A stretch of DNA of 51,334 bases from Dietzia sp. (GCA_046289795.1 JBKBUP010000001.1:1-51334), one strand, 5' to 3'; positions 34,507 through 44,631 are shown, counted from the first letter of the stretch. Notes: generated from the sequence alone by a model not told the origin. Numbers and translations are program-made.

Positions 34507-36387
34507 TCAGGCCTTGCCGGCGACGACGTCGTTCTCCGCCCCATCGTAGAAGGGGATGTAGCCCTTGTCGGACGAGAGCACGAAGAGCGGGTCGTCGAAC
34601 TCGGTGGTGTCGAAGGCCTGCTCACGCAGTTCGGTCTTCCGACTCTTGTAGGTGGAGGTCACCTCGAGCTCCTTAGAGAGCCGGATGAACAGCGGAACCG
34701 CGTACGACGGCAACGACTGGCGCAGGTGCTCGGCGAGCGCGGCACCGTCGAAGTCGGAGCGGTCGTGCAGACGCACGGCGGCCATGCCCGCCTTGCCGTC
34801 GGCCCCCGGCACCGGGACGCCGTAGACCACGGCCTGGTCGACCTCGTGGCGAGCGCTGACGGCCGCCTCCACCTCGGTGGTGGCCACGTTCTCGCCCTTC
34901 CACCGGAAGGTGTCGCCGAGTCGGTCGACGAACGAGGCGTGCTTGAGGCCCTGGTCCAGCATGAGGTCGCCCGAGACGAACCAGGCGTCGCCGTCACTGA
35001 AGGCGTCGCGGATGACCTTCTTCTCGGTGGCCTCCGGATCGGTGTACCCGTCGAAGGGCTGCGTGTCGGAGATGCCGCTGATCAGCAGGCCGATCCCGCC
35101 CTTGCCCACCTTCGTCAACCGGCCGTCCTCGCCGCGGCGGGGCTCTCCGGTGTCCGGGTCGTAGTCCACGATCGCGAAGTCCATCGGGCAGTACCCGGTG
35201 GTCTTGGCGATGTTGAAGGCGTTGACGAAGGCGATGTTGCACTCGCTGGCCGCGTAGAACTCACAGATCCGGTCGACGCCGAACCGTTCCTGGAACTCGG
35301 TCCAGATCTCGGGGCGCAACCCGTTGCCCGTCATCACCCGGACGGAGTGGTCGCGGTCGCCCGGACCGGGCTCCTGGTTGAGCAGGTAGCGGCAGATCTC
35401 GCCGATGTAGATGGCGGCGGTGGCCCCGGACGCGCGGGCCTGGTCCCAGAACCGGGAAGCCGAGAAGTGCTCCTCGACGGCCAGGCACGCACCGGCGGCC
35501 AGCACGCAGCCGAGGCCGACGGTCAGGGCGTTGTTGTGGTACATCGGCAGCGGACACAGCAGGACGTCGTCCTTCTTGAGCCGCACGCCCGACAGGCCGA
35601 AGCCGGCGAGTGCGCGGTTCCAGCGGTAGTGGGTCATGGTCGAGGCCTTGGGCAGACCCGTGGTGCCCGAGGTGAACACGTAGTACGCGGTCTCGTTGCC
35701 CAGCGTCTCGTCGGCCTCGGGCGGGTTGGTGGCGCCGGAGTCCGCGCCGAGGGCCTCGAGCTCGTCCTCGAGCCAGGTCAGGTCGGAGAGCTCGTCCGGC
35801 CGATGGCCGGCGGTGAACTCGCGGAACGGCAGGTCCTGCTCGGAGCCGACGGCGATCAGCTCACCGAGCCAGTTCTCGCGGGGGATGGACCCGGCGGCGT
35901 CGGCGCACTCGGCGCCGATGAGGACGACCTTCGAGTCGAGGATCTTCTGCGAGTGCTCCAGGACCTCTCCACGCTGGTGGTGGTTGAGCAGTCCCACCGA
36001 GGCGCCGACCTTGACGGCGCCGAGGATGGCGAGCATGACCTCGGGCCGGTTGACCATGCAGATGCCGACCGTGTCGCCGCGCTCGACGCCACGCGCCTTG
36101 AGCACCTCGGCGAAGCGGTTGGCCCGCCGGTTGGCCTCTCCGTACGTGACCTCGGTGCCCAGGAAGCGCAGGAACGGAGCGTCCGGCTGCGAGGCCGCCA
36201 GTTCCTGGAACCTCCTGCCGATCGAGAGCTTGTCGGTACCGCGGGAGGTGCGGACGATCCGGAGACCGCGGAGGACGGTCGGCAGATCGGAGACCAGAGA
36301 GGGCAGGCCTCCCGCCAGGTCGAGCGGGGTGAGGGTCCTGGCGCCCTGGGACTTGCGGCGGGTGCTGTCTTCGGTCTTGTCGGTCAC
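34507..36387 (-). CDS. long-chain acyl-CoA synthetase, FATP/FadD6-like
   Basis: YVFTSGTTGLPK, YIGEICRYL, GNGLR, EFYAASE, DRLGDTFRWKGENVATTEVE. GTG at 36387 overlaps the TetR stop. Confidence 0.92.
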   Translation of the reverse strand: MTDKTEDSTRRKSQGARTLTPLDLAGGLPSLVSDLPTVLRGLRIVRTSRGTDKLSIGRRFQELAASQPDAPFLRFLGTEVTYGEANRRANRFAEVLKARGVERGDTVGICMVNRPEVMLAILGAVKVGASVGLLNHHQRGEVLEHSQKILDSKVVLIGAECADAAGSIPRENWLGELIAVGSEQDLPFREFTAGHRPDELSDLTWLEDELEALGADSGATNPPEADETLGNETAYYVFTSGTTGLPKASTMTHYRWNRALAGFGLSGVRLKKDDVLLCPLPMYHNNALTVGLGCVLAAGACLAVEEHFSASRFWDQARASGATAAIYIGEICRYLLNQEPGPGDRDHSVRVMTGNGLRPEIWTEFQERFGVDRICEFYAASECNIAFVNAFNIAKTTGYCPMDFAIVDYDPDTGEPRRGEDGRLTKVGKGGIGLLISGISDTQPFDGYTDPEATEKKVIRDAFSDGDAWFVSGDLMLDQGLKHASFVDRLGDTFRWKGENVATTEVEAAVSARHEVDQAVVYGVPVPGADGKAGMAAVRLHDRSDFDGAALAEHLRQSLPSYAVPLFIRLSKELEVTSTYKSRKTELREQAFDTTEFDDPLFVLSSDKGYIPFYDGAENDVVAGKA

Positions 36388-37010
36388 GGCTTCTCCTCTT
36401 TCGGGGTGGTGAGTGACTTGGCGGGATCTCCGGCGAGGCCGCGCCACGCGAGTTCGACGACCACTCCTGCGGCCACCGATTTGGGTATGGACCGGTGTGC
36501 GACGCGGTCTGCGACCGCCTCTCCGGCCCCGACGAGCGCGATGGCGACCACCTCGAGTACCTCTCGGCTGCGCTCGTCCACCGAGTTCTGCGCGAGCAGA
36601 TCGGTGGTCAGGTCCACCAGGACGGAACGGGTCTTCTCGACCTCTTCGCTGAACGCGGGTTCGGCGACTGCCTGGCGGTACACGACGTTCCACGAGTCGG
36701 CGTGGCCGTCCACGTAGTCGAGGAACGCCTCCACGACGCTCTCCAGACTGTGACGCGCACCGGTCCCACTGGTCGCCGCGGAGGTGAGGTGGTCGATGAG
36801 TCGTCCGGACTCACGGATCACACACGCGGAGAACAGTTCCTCCTTGGAGCCGTAGTAGAGGTAGAGCATCGGTTTGGAGATCCTGGCGTCCTTGGCGATG
36901 GTGTCCATCGACGCCGACCGGTAGCCGAGGTCGGAGAACACGCGGATGGCCGAGTCGAGCATCTGCTGTTCGCGGATCGCGCGTGGTATCCGTTTGGTCC
37001 CCGTCGTCAC
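36384..37010 (-). CDS. TetR family regulator (Rv0238-like)
   Basis: RAIREQQMLDSA, SMDTIA, ISKPMLYLYYGSKEELF; AAGGAG RBS before GTG 37010. Confidence 0.92.
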   Translation of the reverse strand: MTTGTKRIPRAIREQQMLDSAIRVFSDLGYRSASMDTIAKDARISKPMLYLYYGSKEELFSACVIRESGRLIDHLTSAATSGTGARHSLESVVEAFLDYVDGHADSWNVVYRQAVAEPAFSEEVEKTRSVLVDLTTDLLAQNSVDERSREVLEVVAIALVGAGEAVADRVAHRSIPKSVAAGVVVELAWRGLAGDPAKSLTTPKEEKP

Positions 37011-37052
37011 AGGACTCCTTCCGGCGGGACGTGGTGTCGTGTCCCACACCAA

Positions 37053-37068
37053 CTTACCGGCCAGTAAG
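37053..37068. promoter_or_regulatory. candidate TetR operator
   Basis: Palindrome CTTAC-CGGCCA-GTAAG between the divergent tetR and DUF2613 genes. Confidence 0.55.
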
Positions 37069-37185
37069 GAGTTGTGGGCGACACTTCGGGCGATCCACGG
37101 TGCGCCGGGTGATACTCTTTCGGCGTCGGTGTGCCCCACGGCACTGCCATGACGCCCCATTCTCGTTACCCGCAGGGAGAACTCG

Positions 37186-37353
37186 ATGAGCTTCGGTACC
37201 GGAGCGCTCGCCAGCGCAGTCGGCGGAATCGTCCTCGGCGGCATCGTCGCCTTCGGAGCGAGTTCCGCGATGGCCGAGAACTCCATCCCCGAGGTCGCGC
37301 AGCCGCCCGCCGACCAGGCCCTCCTGGGTCAGGTCGAGTACGGCGCCCGCTAG
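37186..37353 (+). CDS. DUF2613 small secreted protein (Rv0236A-like), 55 aa, absent from the ORF track
   Basis: MSFGTGALASAVGGIVLG...LLGQVEYGAR; GGAGA RBS; immediately upstream of aftD as in mycobacteria. Confidence 0.88.
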   Translation: MSFGTGALASAVGGIVLGGIVAFGASSAMAENSIPEVAQPPADQALLGQVEYGAR

Positions 37354-37375
37354 TCCCTCCTTCGCGCCGGCCGAG

Positions 37376-40300
37376 GTGACCCGCGGGATCCGTCTCGGTG
37401 CAGGCGCGCGCGACGCGGTCGTCGCCTTTCTCGCTTTTCTCCTCCTCGCCTGCCTGCAGTCCCCGGGTCTGGTCGTCCCCGACACCAAGTACGACCTCGT
37501 CGTCGACCCCGGACGCTTTCTCACGCAGGCCACCCACCTGTGGACCGGACTGTCGTTCGGCGGACAGGTCCAGAACCAGGCGTACGGGTACCTCTTCCCG
37601 CAGGGCCCGTTCTTCGCGCTGTTCGACCTGGTCGGGATGCCCGCCTGGCTGACCCAACGCCTGTGGTGGGCGGTGGTGCTGACGGTCGCCTACGTCGGGG
37701 TGGTCCGGGTCGCGGCCGCCCTGCGGATCGGCACCCGCCAGACCAGGGCCGTGGCGGGGATCCTCTACGCGCTCGCACCCCGGATGCTCGGAGACCTCGG
37801 TTCGATCTCCTCCGAGATCTGGCCCGTGGCGCTGGCCCCGTGGGTGTTGCTCCCGGTACTCCGGGTGTTGCAGGGGCGGATGTCCCCGCGCCGCGGCGGT
37901 GCCGGTGCCGCGCTGGCCCTCGCGCTGATGGGCGCCGTCAACGCGGTCGCCACCGCCACCGCGTGCCTGCCCGCCGTCCTGTGGTGGCTCATGCACCGCC
38001 CCGGACGCACGTGGTCGAGGCTGGCGGCGTGGTGGCTGCCCCTCTCGGCGGCGGTGTGTCTGTGGTGGGCGGTGCCGCTGGTGCTGCTGGGTCGGGTCTC
38101 GCCCCCGTTCCTCGACCACATCGAGTCGGCCGAGGTCACCACGCGGTGGTCGTCGGCGACGGAGGTGCTGCGCGGGGCCGCGACGTGGGTGCCGTTCGTG
38201 TCCACGGACCGGGTGGCCGGCGCCGCGCTCACCAGCGAACCGGTGTTCGTCCTGGCCACCGGCGTGATGGCGGCGGTCGGGGTGCTGGGTCTGCTCCACC
38301 GGGGGATGCCCGCCCGGGGCCGGTTGCTGGTGATCGCCGCCGTCGGGTTGGTGGCGATGGCGGCGCCGTGGGTCGGGCCGGCCGGCGGCGGCCTGGCCGA
38401 GACACTGCGCGCGTTCCTCGACGGCGCCGGCGCGCCGCTGCGCAACGTCCACAAGTTCGAGCCGCTGCTGCGCCTCCCGTTGGTGCTGGGCACCGCCCAT
38501 CTGTTGGCGCACCTGCTCGCCGGCCTGCACGGGGGATCGGAACGCGGGGGAGAGGGCGAACCGACCGCCCGCGGCTGGACCGCGGTGGCGCACCCCGAGC
38601 GGAACCGATCCGTCGCCGTGGCCATGGTCGTCGTGCTCGCGGGCACCGTCGCGGTGGCCCCGGCGTTGCTCGGCCGGCTCGCCCCGGTCGGCGCCCACGC
38701 CGCGATCCCCGACCACTGGACCGACGCCGCCGCGTGGCTCTCGGAGAACGCGCCGGTCGCGCCGCCGGGGGCTGCGGTCGTCGAGGGCGGTGACCCCGAC
38801 CCGGCGGCGACGACGCGCGCGCTGGTGGTGCCGGGGTCGTCCTTCGGTCGTCAGGTCTGGGGCGTCACCCGCGACGAACCCCTGCAGCCGCTGGCCACCA
38901 CGCCGTGGGCGGTCCGGGACTCGGTTCCGCTGCAGCCCGCGCCGGCGATCCGGGCCCTCGACGCCGTCCAGCGCCGCCTGGCCGACGGCAACCCCGCCCC
39001 GGGGATGGCCGCCACGCTCGCCTCCCTCGGCATCGGTTTCCTGGTGGTGCGCAACGACCTCACCGCCGACTCCGGTGCGCCCCGGCCGGTCCTGGTCCAC
39101 CAGGCGATCGACGGCTCACCGGGCCTGGTCAAGGTCGCGGAGTTCGGGGAACCGGTCGGGGGCACGCAGGTCGGGGGCACGGAGGTAGGGAACACGGAGG
39201 TCGGGGACGGAACTGGTGACGACGACGAGGTGGTCGTCGTCCCCGACTCCGGCCTCCGCCCGGCGTATCCGGCGATCGAGATCTACCGGGTCGACTCCCG
39301 ACTGGGTTCGGACGCCGCGTCACCGGGTCCGCCCCGGTCGGCCACGGCCCCGTACACGGTGGAGGTGCGCGACCTGCCGGTGGTGGCCGGCGGCTCGGAG
39401 TCGCTGTCCCGGCTCGACGACCTGCTGGCCGTGCAGGACACGGTCGGGTCCCCGGCCCGGGTGACCAGACTGCTGGAGGTCGACGCCGACGCGGCGGGTG
39501 TGGACCCCGCCTCCGATCCCTTCCCCAGGCCGAGACCGGTCAACTCCACGGCGCCGGTCCTCACGGACTCCCCGACGGACCGGGAGACCGACTTCGGCCG
39601 CCTCGACCACCACTCGTCGGCGGTCCGCGCCGAGGGCGACCCGCGGCGCAGCCGTGGTTCGGTGCCGGACTATGCGGCCACCGTCGCCGACACCGAACCG
39701 CCCCTGGCGCAGGCCCGCTGGTGGGATGCGCGGGTGCGGGTCTCCTCGTCCGCGGCGGACTCCGCCCAGACCGGCCCGGTTCAGCCTTCTCGTTCGGTGG
39801 CGGCGGCGGTCGACGGCGACCCGGACACCGCCTGGCGCTCGGGTGGCTACGGCTCGGCGTTCGGTCAGTGGATCGAGATCGGGCTCCCCGAGCCCGTCGA
39901 CCGGGGACTGCTCCGCATCACCGTGCCGGTCCCGGACGCGGGGCCCGAGGTCAGCACCCTGCAGATCCGTACCGACTCCGGCACCACCACGGCGTTCCCC
40001 ACCGGTGGGGGCGAGCTGGTCGTGGCACTGCCCCCTGGCCCCACCGAGACGGTGCGGGTCACGGCGACCGGCTTCGTCGACGGGGGCCGCGGGACGTACT
40101 TCGAGGTGTCGGAACTCGGTCTGAGCGCGGGCGGCGAGGGGATCCCGCTCCTGCGGGTGGTGGCGCTGCCGGACCGACCCTCCGACTCCGGGGCGCCGTC
40201 CGGCTGGCTGCTGAGGCAGGAACTGGGCGGCCGCTCGGACTGCGTCCACGGGGGGAGTCCGGTCGAGGGGCTGGCCGGCGCCGAGGAGGAGACCGGCGCG

Positions 40301-41974
40301 GTGCGGTGCGCTCCGGAGCTCGCCATAGAGGCCGAGGAGCCGAAGCGCTTCGCCCGCCTGCTCGACGTCCCGACCGAGACCGCGGTCCTGCCGCAGATCC
40401 TCGTGCGTCCGCGGGCCGGGGCGGCGTTGGACGACGTGCTGCGGGGGGACCCCGCCACCCGCGCGCGCCAGGTCCGGGCCGTGGGTGAGTCCCTGGTGAC
40501 CGACCCCGCCGGCGGGCCGTCAGCAGCCGTCGACGGTGACCGGTCGACCAGCTGGCACGCGCCCGACGTCCCGTCGCCGACGCTGGAGCTGCAGCTACCC
40601 GGCCGACAGCTGGTCGGCTCGATCAGGCTGTGGGCGCCGCGATCGGACGCCCCGGCAGCCCCCCGGGTGATCACCGTGGACACGGGTGTCCAGACCACGC
40701 GCGTCGACCTGGACGCGATCGCGCCGGAGGAGGACGGGTCCGTCGTGGTCCCCCTGCCCGCCGACCACACCGACCGGGTGTCGGTCCGGATCGACGCCGC
40801 TCACGACGTGCGGACCCCGGGAGGGGCGCAGGTCCCCACCGGGATCGCGGAGGTGTGGGTGCGGGACGGCACCGGTGCGCGGATCGGCGCCCTGCCCGCG
40901 GCCAACGACGATCCGGTCACCCTGGCCTGCCAGGACGGCCCCCGGTTGTTCATCGGCGACCGGACGGTCCCGACCCGCCTGACCACCACGCGACGGGAAC
41001 TGCTCGAAGGCCGTGCGATCCCCGTCGAACCGTGCGACGACGACCCGGTCGCGATGGCAGCCGGGCCGGTGGAGGTCTCGGTGGACCCGGGGGAGGCGTT
41101 CTCGGTCGATTCGGTGGGCCTCGTCGTCGTCGACAGTGGTGTCGAGGGCGGTGGTGTCGAAGGCGGCGGCGCCGGCCGGGCGGGCACCGGTCGCGCCGAG
41201 GTCACCACCCGCACGCCGGTCCTGGGCGGGGCGTCGCAGGCGACCCGGGCGGTCACGACGGTCCGGTGGGACGCCTCGCGCCGCGAGCTGCACGTGCCCG
41301 CCGCGCCGCGGGAGCGCGTCCTGGTGGTGCCCGAATCGGTGACCCCCGCGTGGGAGGCGAGGCTGGTCTCCGACGACGGCACCGAGTTGCCCGATGTCCG
41401 CCCGGTGACCGTGGACGGCTGGAAGCAGGGCTGGGTCCTGCCCGCGGCCGGCACCGGCGCGACCCTCGTGCTGACGGTCCCGCTCGACGGGCCGTACCGG
41501 GCAGCGCTGATGACCGGGCCGTTCGTGCTGGCGCTCGTCCTGGTTCTCTTCCTGCTCCGGGGCCGCGACCGGGCGGGTGCCCGCGCCGCGGTGTGGCGCG
41601 CCGGTGGAGCCGTCACCGCGATCGCGACGGCGGCCGTCGCCTACGCACTGGCGGGCCCGGTCGGGCTGGGGCTGGCGGCGGGACTCACCGTCGGCGCGCT
41701 GGTGGCGAGCCGCCACCTGGGTGCAGGGCGGGCGCGGGAGTTGCTGATCGTCGGCTCAGGAGTGGGGATGGTCGCGGGCGCCGCCCTGCTCGCCCGCGCA
41801 CCGTGGCCCGCCCCGGCCGGGTACGCCGGCGACGGCTGGCTTCCTCAGGTCGCGACGGTGGCGGGGCTCGTCTGCGCCGGGTTGGCCGCGGCCTGGCCGT
41901 CGGTACTCGGAGTGCCGCGGGGAGTGCGCCGGGGGGCGAACCAGCGCCCCGACGGCTCCTCGACCAGCGCGTAG
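37376..41974 (+). CDS. aftD: arabinofuranosyltransferase AftD (DUF3367)
   Basis: PDTKYDL, QNQAYGYLFPQG, RNVHKF, RDEPLQ, two AAVDGD discoidin-like modules, VDGWKQGW. Confidence 0.93.
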   Translation: MTRGIRLGAGARDAVVAFLAFLLLACLQSPGLVVPDTKYDLVVDPGRFLTQATHLWTGLSFGGQVQNQAYGYLFPQGPFFALFDLVGMPAWLTQRLWWAVVLTVAYVGVVRVAAALRIGTRQTRAVAGILYALAPRMLGDLGSISSEIWPVALAPWVLLPVLRVLQGRMSPRRGGAGAALALALMGAVNAVATATACLPAVLWWLMHRPGRTWSRLAAWWLPLSAAVCLWWAVPLVLLGRVSPPFLDHIESAEVTTRWSSATEVLRGAATWVPFVSTDRVAGAALTSEPVFVLATGVMAAVGVLGLLHRGMPARGRLLVIAAVGLVAMAAPWVGPAGGGLAETLRAFLDGAGAPLRNVHKFEPLLRLPLVLGTAHLLAHLLAGLHGGSERGGEGEPTARGWTAVAHPERNRSVAVAMVVVLAGTVAVAPALLGRLAPVGAHAAIPDHWTDAAAWLSENAPVAPPGAAVVEGGDPDPAATTRALVVPGSSFGRQVWGVTRDEPLQPLATTPWAVRDSVPLQPAPAIRALDAVQRRLADGNPAPGMAATLASLGIGFLVVRNDLTADSGAPRPVLVHQAIDGSPGLVKVAEFGEPVGGTQVGGTEVGNTEVGDGTGDDDEVVVVPDSGLRPAYPAIEIYRVDSRLGSDAASPGPPRSATAPYTVEVRDLPVVAGGSESLSRLDDLLAVQDTVGSPARVTRLLEVDADAAGVDPASDPFPRPRPVNSTAPVLTDSPTDRETDFGRLDHHSSAVRAEGDPRRSRGSVPDYAATVADTEPPLAQARWWDARVRVSSSAADSAQTGPVQPSRSVAAAVDGDPDTAWRSGGYGSAFGQWIEIGLPEPVDRGLLRITVPVPDAGPEVSTLQIRTDSGTTTAFPTGGGELVVALPPGPTETVRVTATGFVDGGRGTYFEVSELGLSAGGEGIPLLRVVALPDRPSDSGAPSGWLLRQELGGRSDCVHGGSPVEGLAGAEEETGAVRCAPELAIEAEEPKRFARLLDVPTETAVLPQILVRPRAGAALDDVLRGDPATRARQVRAVGESLVTDPAGGPSAAVDGDRSTSWHAPDVPSPTLELQLPGRQLVGSIRLWAPRSDAPAAPRVITVDTGVQTTRVDLDAIAPEEDGSVVVPLPADHTDRVSVRIDAAHDVRTPGGAQVPTGIAEVWVRDGTGARIGALPAANDDPVTLACQDGPRLFIGDRTVPTRLTTTRRELLEGRAIPVEPCDDDPVAMAAGPVEVSVDPGEAFSVDSVGLVVVDSGVEGGGVEGGGAGRAGTGRAEVTTRTPVLGGASQATRAVTTVRWDASRRELHVPAAPRERVLVVPESVTPAWEARLVSDDGTELPDVRPVTVDGWKQGWVLPAAGTGATLVLTVPLDGPYRAALMTGPFVLALVLVLFLLRGRDRAGARAAVWRAGGAVTAIATAAVAYALAGPVGLGLAAGLTVGALVASRHLGAGRARELLIVGSGVGMVAGAALLARAPWPAPAGYAGDGWLPQVATVAGLVCAGLAAAWPSVLGVPRGVRRGANQRPDGSSTSA

Positions 41975-43086
41975 CTGGCGGCCGCGAGGACGGTCGAGAC
42001 CACCACGGTGATCAGCCAGATCTCGAGCATGTGGCCGGAGAACATGGGCACGAACGCGATCTGGAACGCGAAATGCAGGACCAGCACGTGCCACAGGAAC
42101 ACGCCGTAGGACCATCGGCCCAGCATGCCGATCACCGCGGAGTCCAGCACCGCGAATCGCTGCCCCTGCGGAGCCAGCGTGACCGGGGCGAGGAGGCAGA
42201 ACGCCACCACGGCGCCCAGTGCCGTGCGGGCCGCGAACTCCGGTCCGGAGGGGTGCACGAACCCCTCGGTGAACCACTGCGGGACGGTGCTGACGCCGAA
42301 CGCCACGGCGACCACGGCCCACCAGCCCCACCGCGCGTGGCGGTGCCGGGCCAGCGCGGCGAGGCGTCCGGGCGGGGCGGCGGCGAGTTCGGCGAGGATC
42401 ATCCCCGCGGCGAACCACGAGGCGAACGCCGGTGGCAGGATCTGGTCGTTGATCCGCTCGGGCAGCCCGAGGTCGTACCAGGGGACGAGAGACCATGCCA
42501 GGCTCAGCACCCCCACAGCCGCGATGACGGGGATTCGCCATCGCGCCGCGCGGCCCCGGAGCCCGGCGAGCGCCCACCACAGCAACGGCAGGACGAGGTA
42601 GAAGGACATCTCCACGGACAGTGACCACGCGTGGGTCAGACCCTCGACCAGGGAGTCGGGGACGAACACCTGCATCAGCGTCAGGTTGGCCGTCCAGGTC
42701 GAGGCCGAGCTGTGCGCGTTCTGGGGGATGAGCAGGAACACCGCGGCCACCAGGACGAGGTAGGCCGGCATGATCCGGACGAGACGTGCGCGCAGGTAGA
42801 CCCGCGGAGAACGCGCGGTTCCGGGCCCGCCCCGACGGGCGTGCAGGGCGTGGGCCCGCCACAGCAGGAACCCGGACAACGCGAAGAAGACTGCCACGGA
42901 CAGGTCGAACCGGCCCCAGACCCGGTTGATCACCGACCCTGTGGAGGAACCGGTCTGGAACGCGACGTGAGTGGTGAGGACCGCCAGAGCGGCCACCGCG
43001 CGGAAGCCCTCGAGCGCGGGCACGAAGCCGGTCGCGGACGGGAGAGTTCCGACTTGTCGGTCGGGGGTGGCGAATGCGTTCTTCAT
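41845..43086 (-). CDS. tmaT: acyltransferase-3 family, TmaT (Rv0228)-like
   Basis: LEGFRAVAA, HVAFQTG, FFALSGFLL, RIMPAY, WSLSVEMSFY, SYGVFLWH, SYALVEEP; synteny. Start at ATG 43086. Confidence 0.88.
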   Translation of the reverse strand: MKNAFATPDRQVGTLPSATGFVPALEGFRAVAALAVLTTHVAFQTGSSTGSVINRVWGRFDLSVAVFFALSGFLLWRAHALHARRGGPGTARSPRVYLRARLVRIMPAYLVLVAAVFLLIPQNAHSSASTWTANLTLMQVFVPDSLVEGLTHAWSLSVEMSFYLVLPLLWWALAGLRGRAARWRIPVIAAVGVLSLAWSLVPWYDLGLPERINDQILPPAFASWFAAGMILAELAAAPPGRLAALARHRHARWGWWAVVAVAFGVSTVPQWFTEGFVHPSGPEFAARTALGAVVAFCLLAPVTLAPQGQRFAVLDSAVIGMLGRWSYGVFLWHVLVLHFAFQIAFVPMFSGHMLEIWLITVVVSTVLAAASYALVEEPSGRWFAPRRTPRGTPSTDGQAAANPAQTSPATVAT

Positions 43087-43189
43087 CACTGTTAATCTTC
43101 TCCTGATGATGGTCCGGTCCGGTGACCGACCCGGGAAGCTACCCGGAAGTAACCGGCGGACCGAGGGTGCGACTCCAGGAGGACAACCG

Positions 43190-44554
43190 ATGGCACGACA
43201 GAGCAGTTCCGCGGGACGGAGGTCGTCAGTGCCCGCACTGGTCCTCGTCGGGCTCGGCACGTTCCTGATCACTATCGCACTAGCGCTCGTCTTCTTCGTG
43301 GTGCCGGCACAGAAGAAGACCCCGCTCGACATCAACACCACCACGGTCACCGAGACCACCCAGGGCGCCGTCCTGGTCGGTGCGGCCCTGGCGGGTAACT
43401 CGCCGACCGAGCTCAACTCCACCCGGCCCGAGTGCAGCGCCGCGGACGCGGCCGGCGACGAGGACGAGGACGAGGACGCCGCCGAGGGCGATGCCGCGGC
43501 CGAGGGTGACGCCGCCGAGGCGGAGGCCCCCGCCGAGGACGAGCAGTTCCCGGTCTCCTGCTTCATCGACAACGACATCCCGCTCTACTCGCAGCGCCGT
43601 GTCCAGGCGGTCGAGCCGTCGGACGCCGACGTGATCACGCTGCAGGCAGCGCAGTCGCTGCTCCGTGAGGACAAGACCGGGTCGGACGGGGTCGAGGGCC
43701 TGGTCAACGCCTCGATCGACCGTGTCACCGTCGACCGGGTGTCCGCCGAGCCGATCGACGAGGCCGTGAGCACCCTGCAGGTGGTCGCCTCCGGAAACGC
43801 TGACGACTCCGCCCCCACCGGGTTCGTCCGCAACGGTCTGCAGTACAAGTTCCCGTTCGACACCGAGCAGCGGGACTACGACTACTTCGACGCCAGCACC
43901 TTCACCACCAACCCGATCTCCTTCGTCGGTGAGACCACCGTCGGCGGTATCGACGCCTACGAGTTCCGCCAGGAGCTCGGCCCGATCGACATGTGGTCCT
44001 CGATCCGCGACCACTTCGCCGCGATCACGGACGGCTACGACCCCGCCGTCGAGGCCGTGCTCGCCAGCTACCGCCGTGAGGGCATGACCGCGGAGCAGTG
44101 GGGGTTGGACGGCGACCCGGAGCGCGAGGTCGACATGCGTCGCTTCTACACCAACACCCGCACGGTGTACGTGAACCCGGAGACCGGTCAGGTCGTCAAC
44201 GGCAACGAGAACATCTACCAGTTCTTCGCCGAGGACCAGGACGAGGCCGAGGCATTCTTCAACGACGCGGCGGGCATGGAGGCCGAGAAGGCCGAGCCCA
44301 CCCGGACGGCGGTCCGCTTCGAGTCCGGCTGGAACGAGGAGACCAAGGAGCTGACGCAGGCCGCCGCTCAGGAGAGCGCCGACACGCTCAACACGTTCGG
44401 TCGCGTCCTCCCGGCGGTGCTCGGCGTGCTCGGCGTGCTGGCGCTGATCGGAGGCATCCTGCTGGGTGTCCGTAGCGGTGCCGGGGGTCGGACCACCCGG
44501 GGCACCCGTGGTGCCCGCGGGGATCGGGGCGCCGGGGCAGGGACTCGCGCCTGA
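43190..44554 (+). CDS. DUF3068 membrane-anchored protein (Rv0227c/LmcA-like)
   Basis: N- and C-terminal TM helices, KKTPLD, VTLQ-like ITLQA, GLQYKFPFDTE, YVNPETG; AGGAGG RBS. Confidence 0.88.
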   Translation: MARQSSSAGRRSSVPALVLVGLGTFLITIALALVFFVVPAQKKTPLDINTTTVTETTQGAVLVGAALAGNSPTELNSTRPECSAADAAGDEDEDEDAAEGDAAAEGDAAEAEAPAEDEQFPVSCFIDNDIPLYSQRRVQAVEPSDADVITLQAAQSLLREDKTGSDGVEGLVNASIDRVTVDRVSAEPIDEAVSTLQVVASGNADDSAPTGFVRNGLQYKFPFDTEQRDYDYFDASTFTTNPISFVGETTVGGIDAYEFRQELGPIDMWSSIRDHFAAITDGYDPAVEAVLASYRREGMTAEQWGLDGDPEREVDMRRFYTNTRTVYVNPETGQVVNGNENIYQFFAEDQDEAEAFFNDAAGMEAEKAEPTRTAVRFESGWNEETKELTQAAAQESADTLNTFGRVLPAVLGVLGVLALIGGILLGVRSGAGGRTTRGTRGARGDRGAGAGTRA

Positions 44555-44583
44555 CGTCCCGCTAGCCCCCTCCCGCATCGTCG

Positions 44584-44631
44584 AGAGCGTCCCGCACACA
44601 TCGCCCGAGTGGCGGGTGTGCGGGACGCTCT
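44584..44631. terminator. strong hairpin between convergent DUF3068 and flippase genes
   Basis: Perfect 16-bp stem AGAGCGTCCCGCACAC / GTGTGCGGGACGCTCT. Confidence 0.8.
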
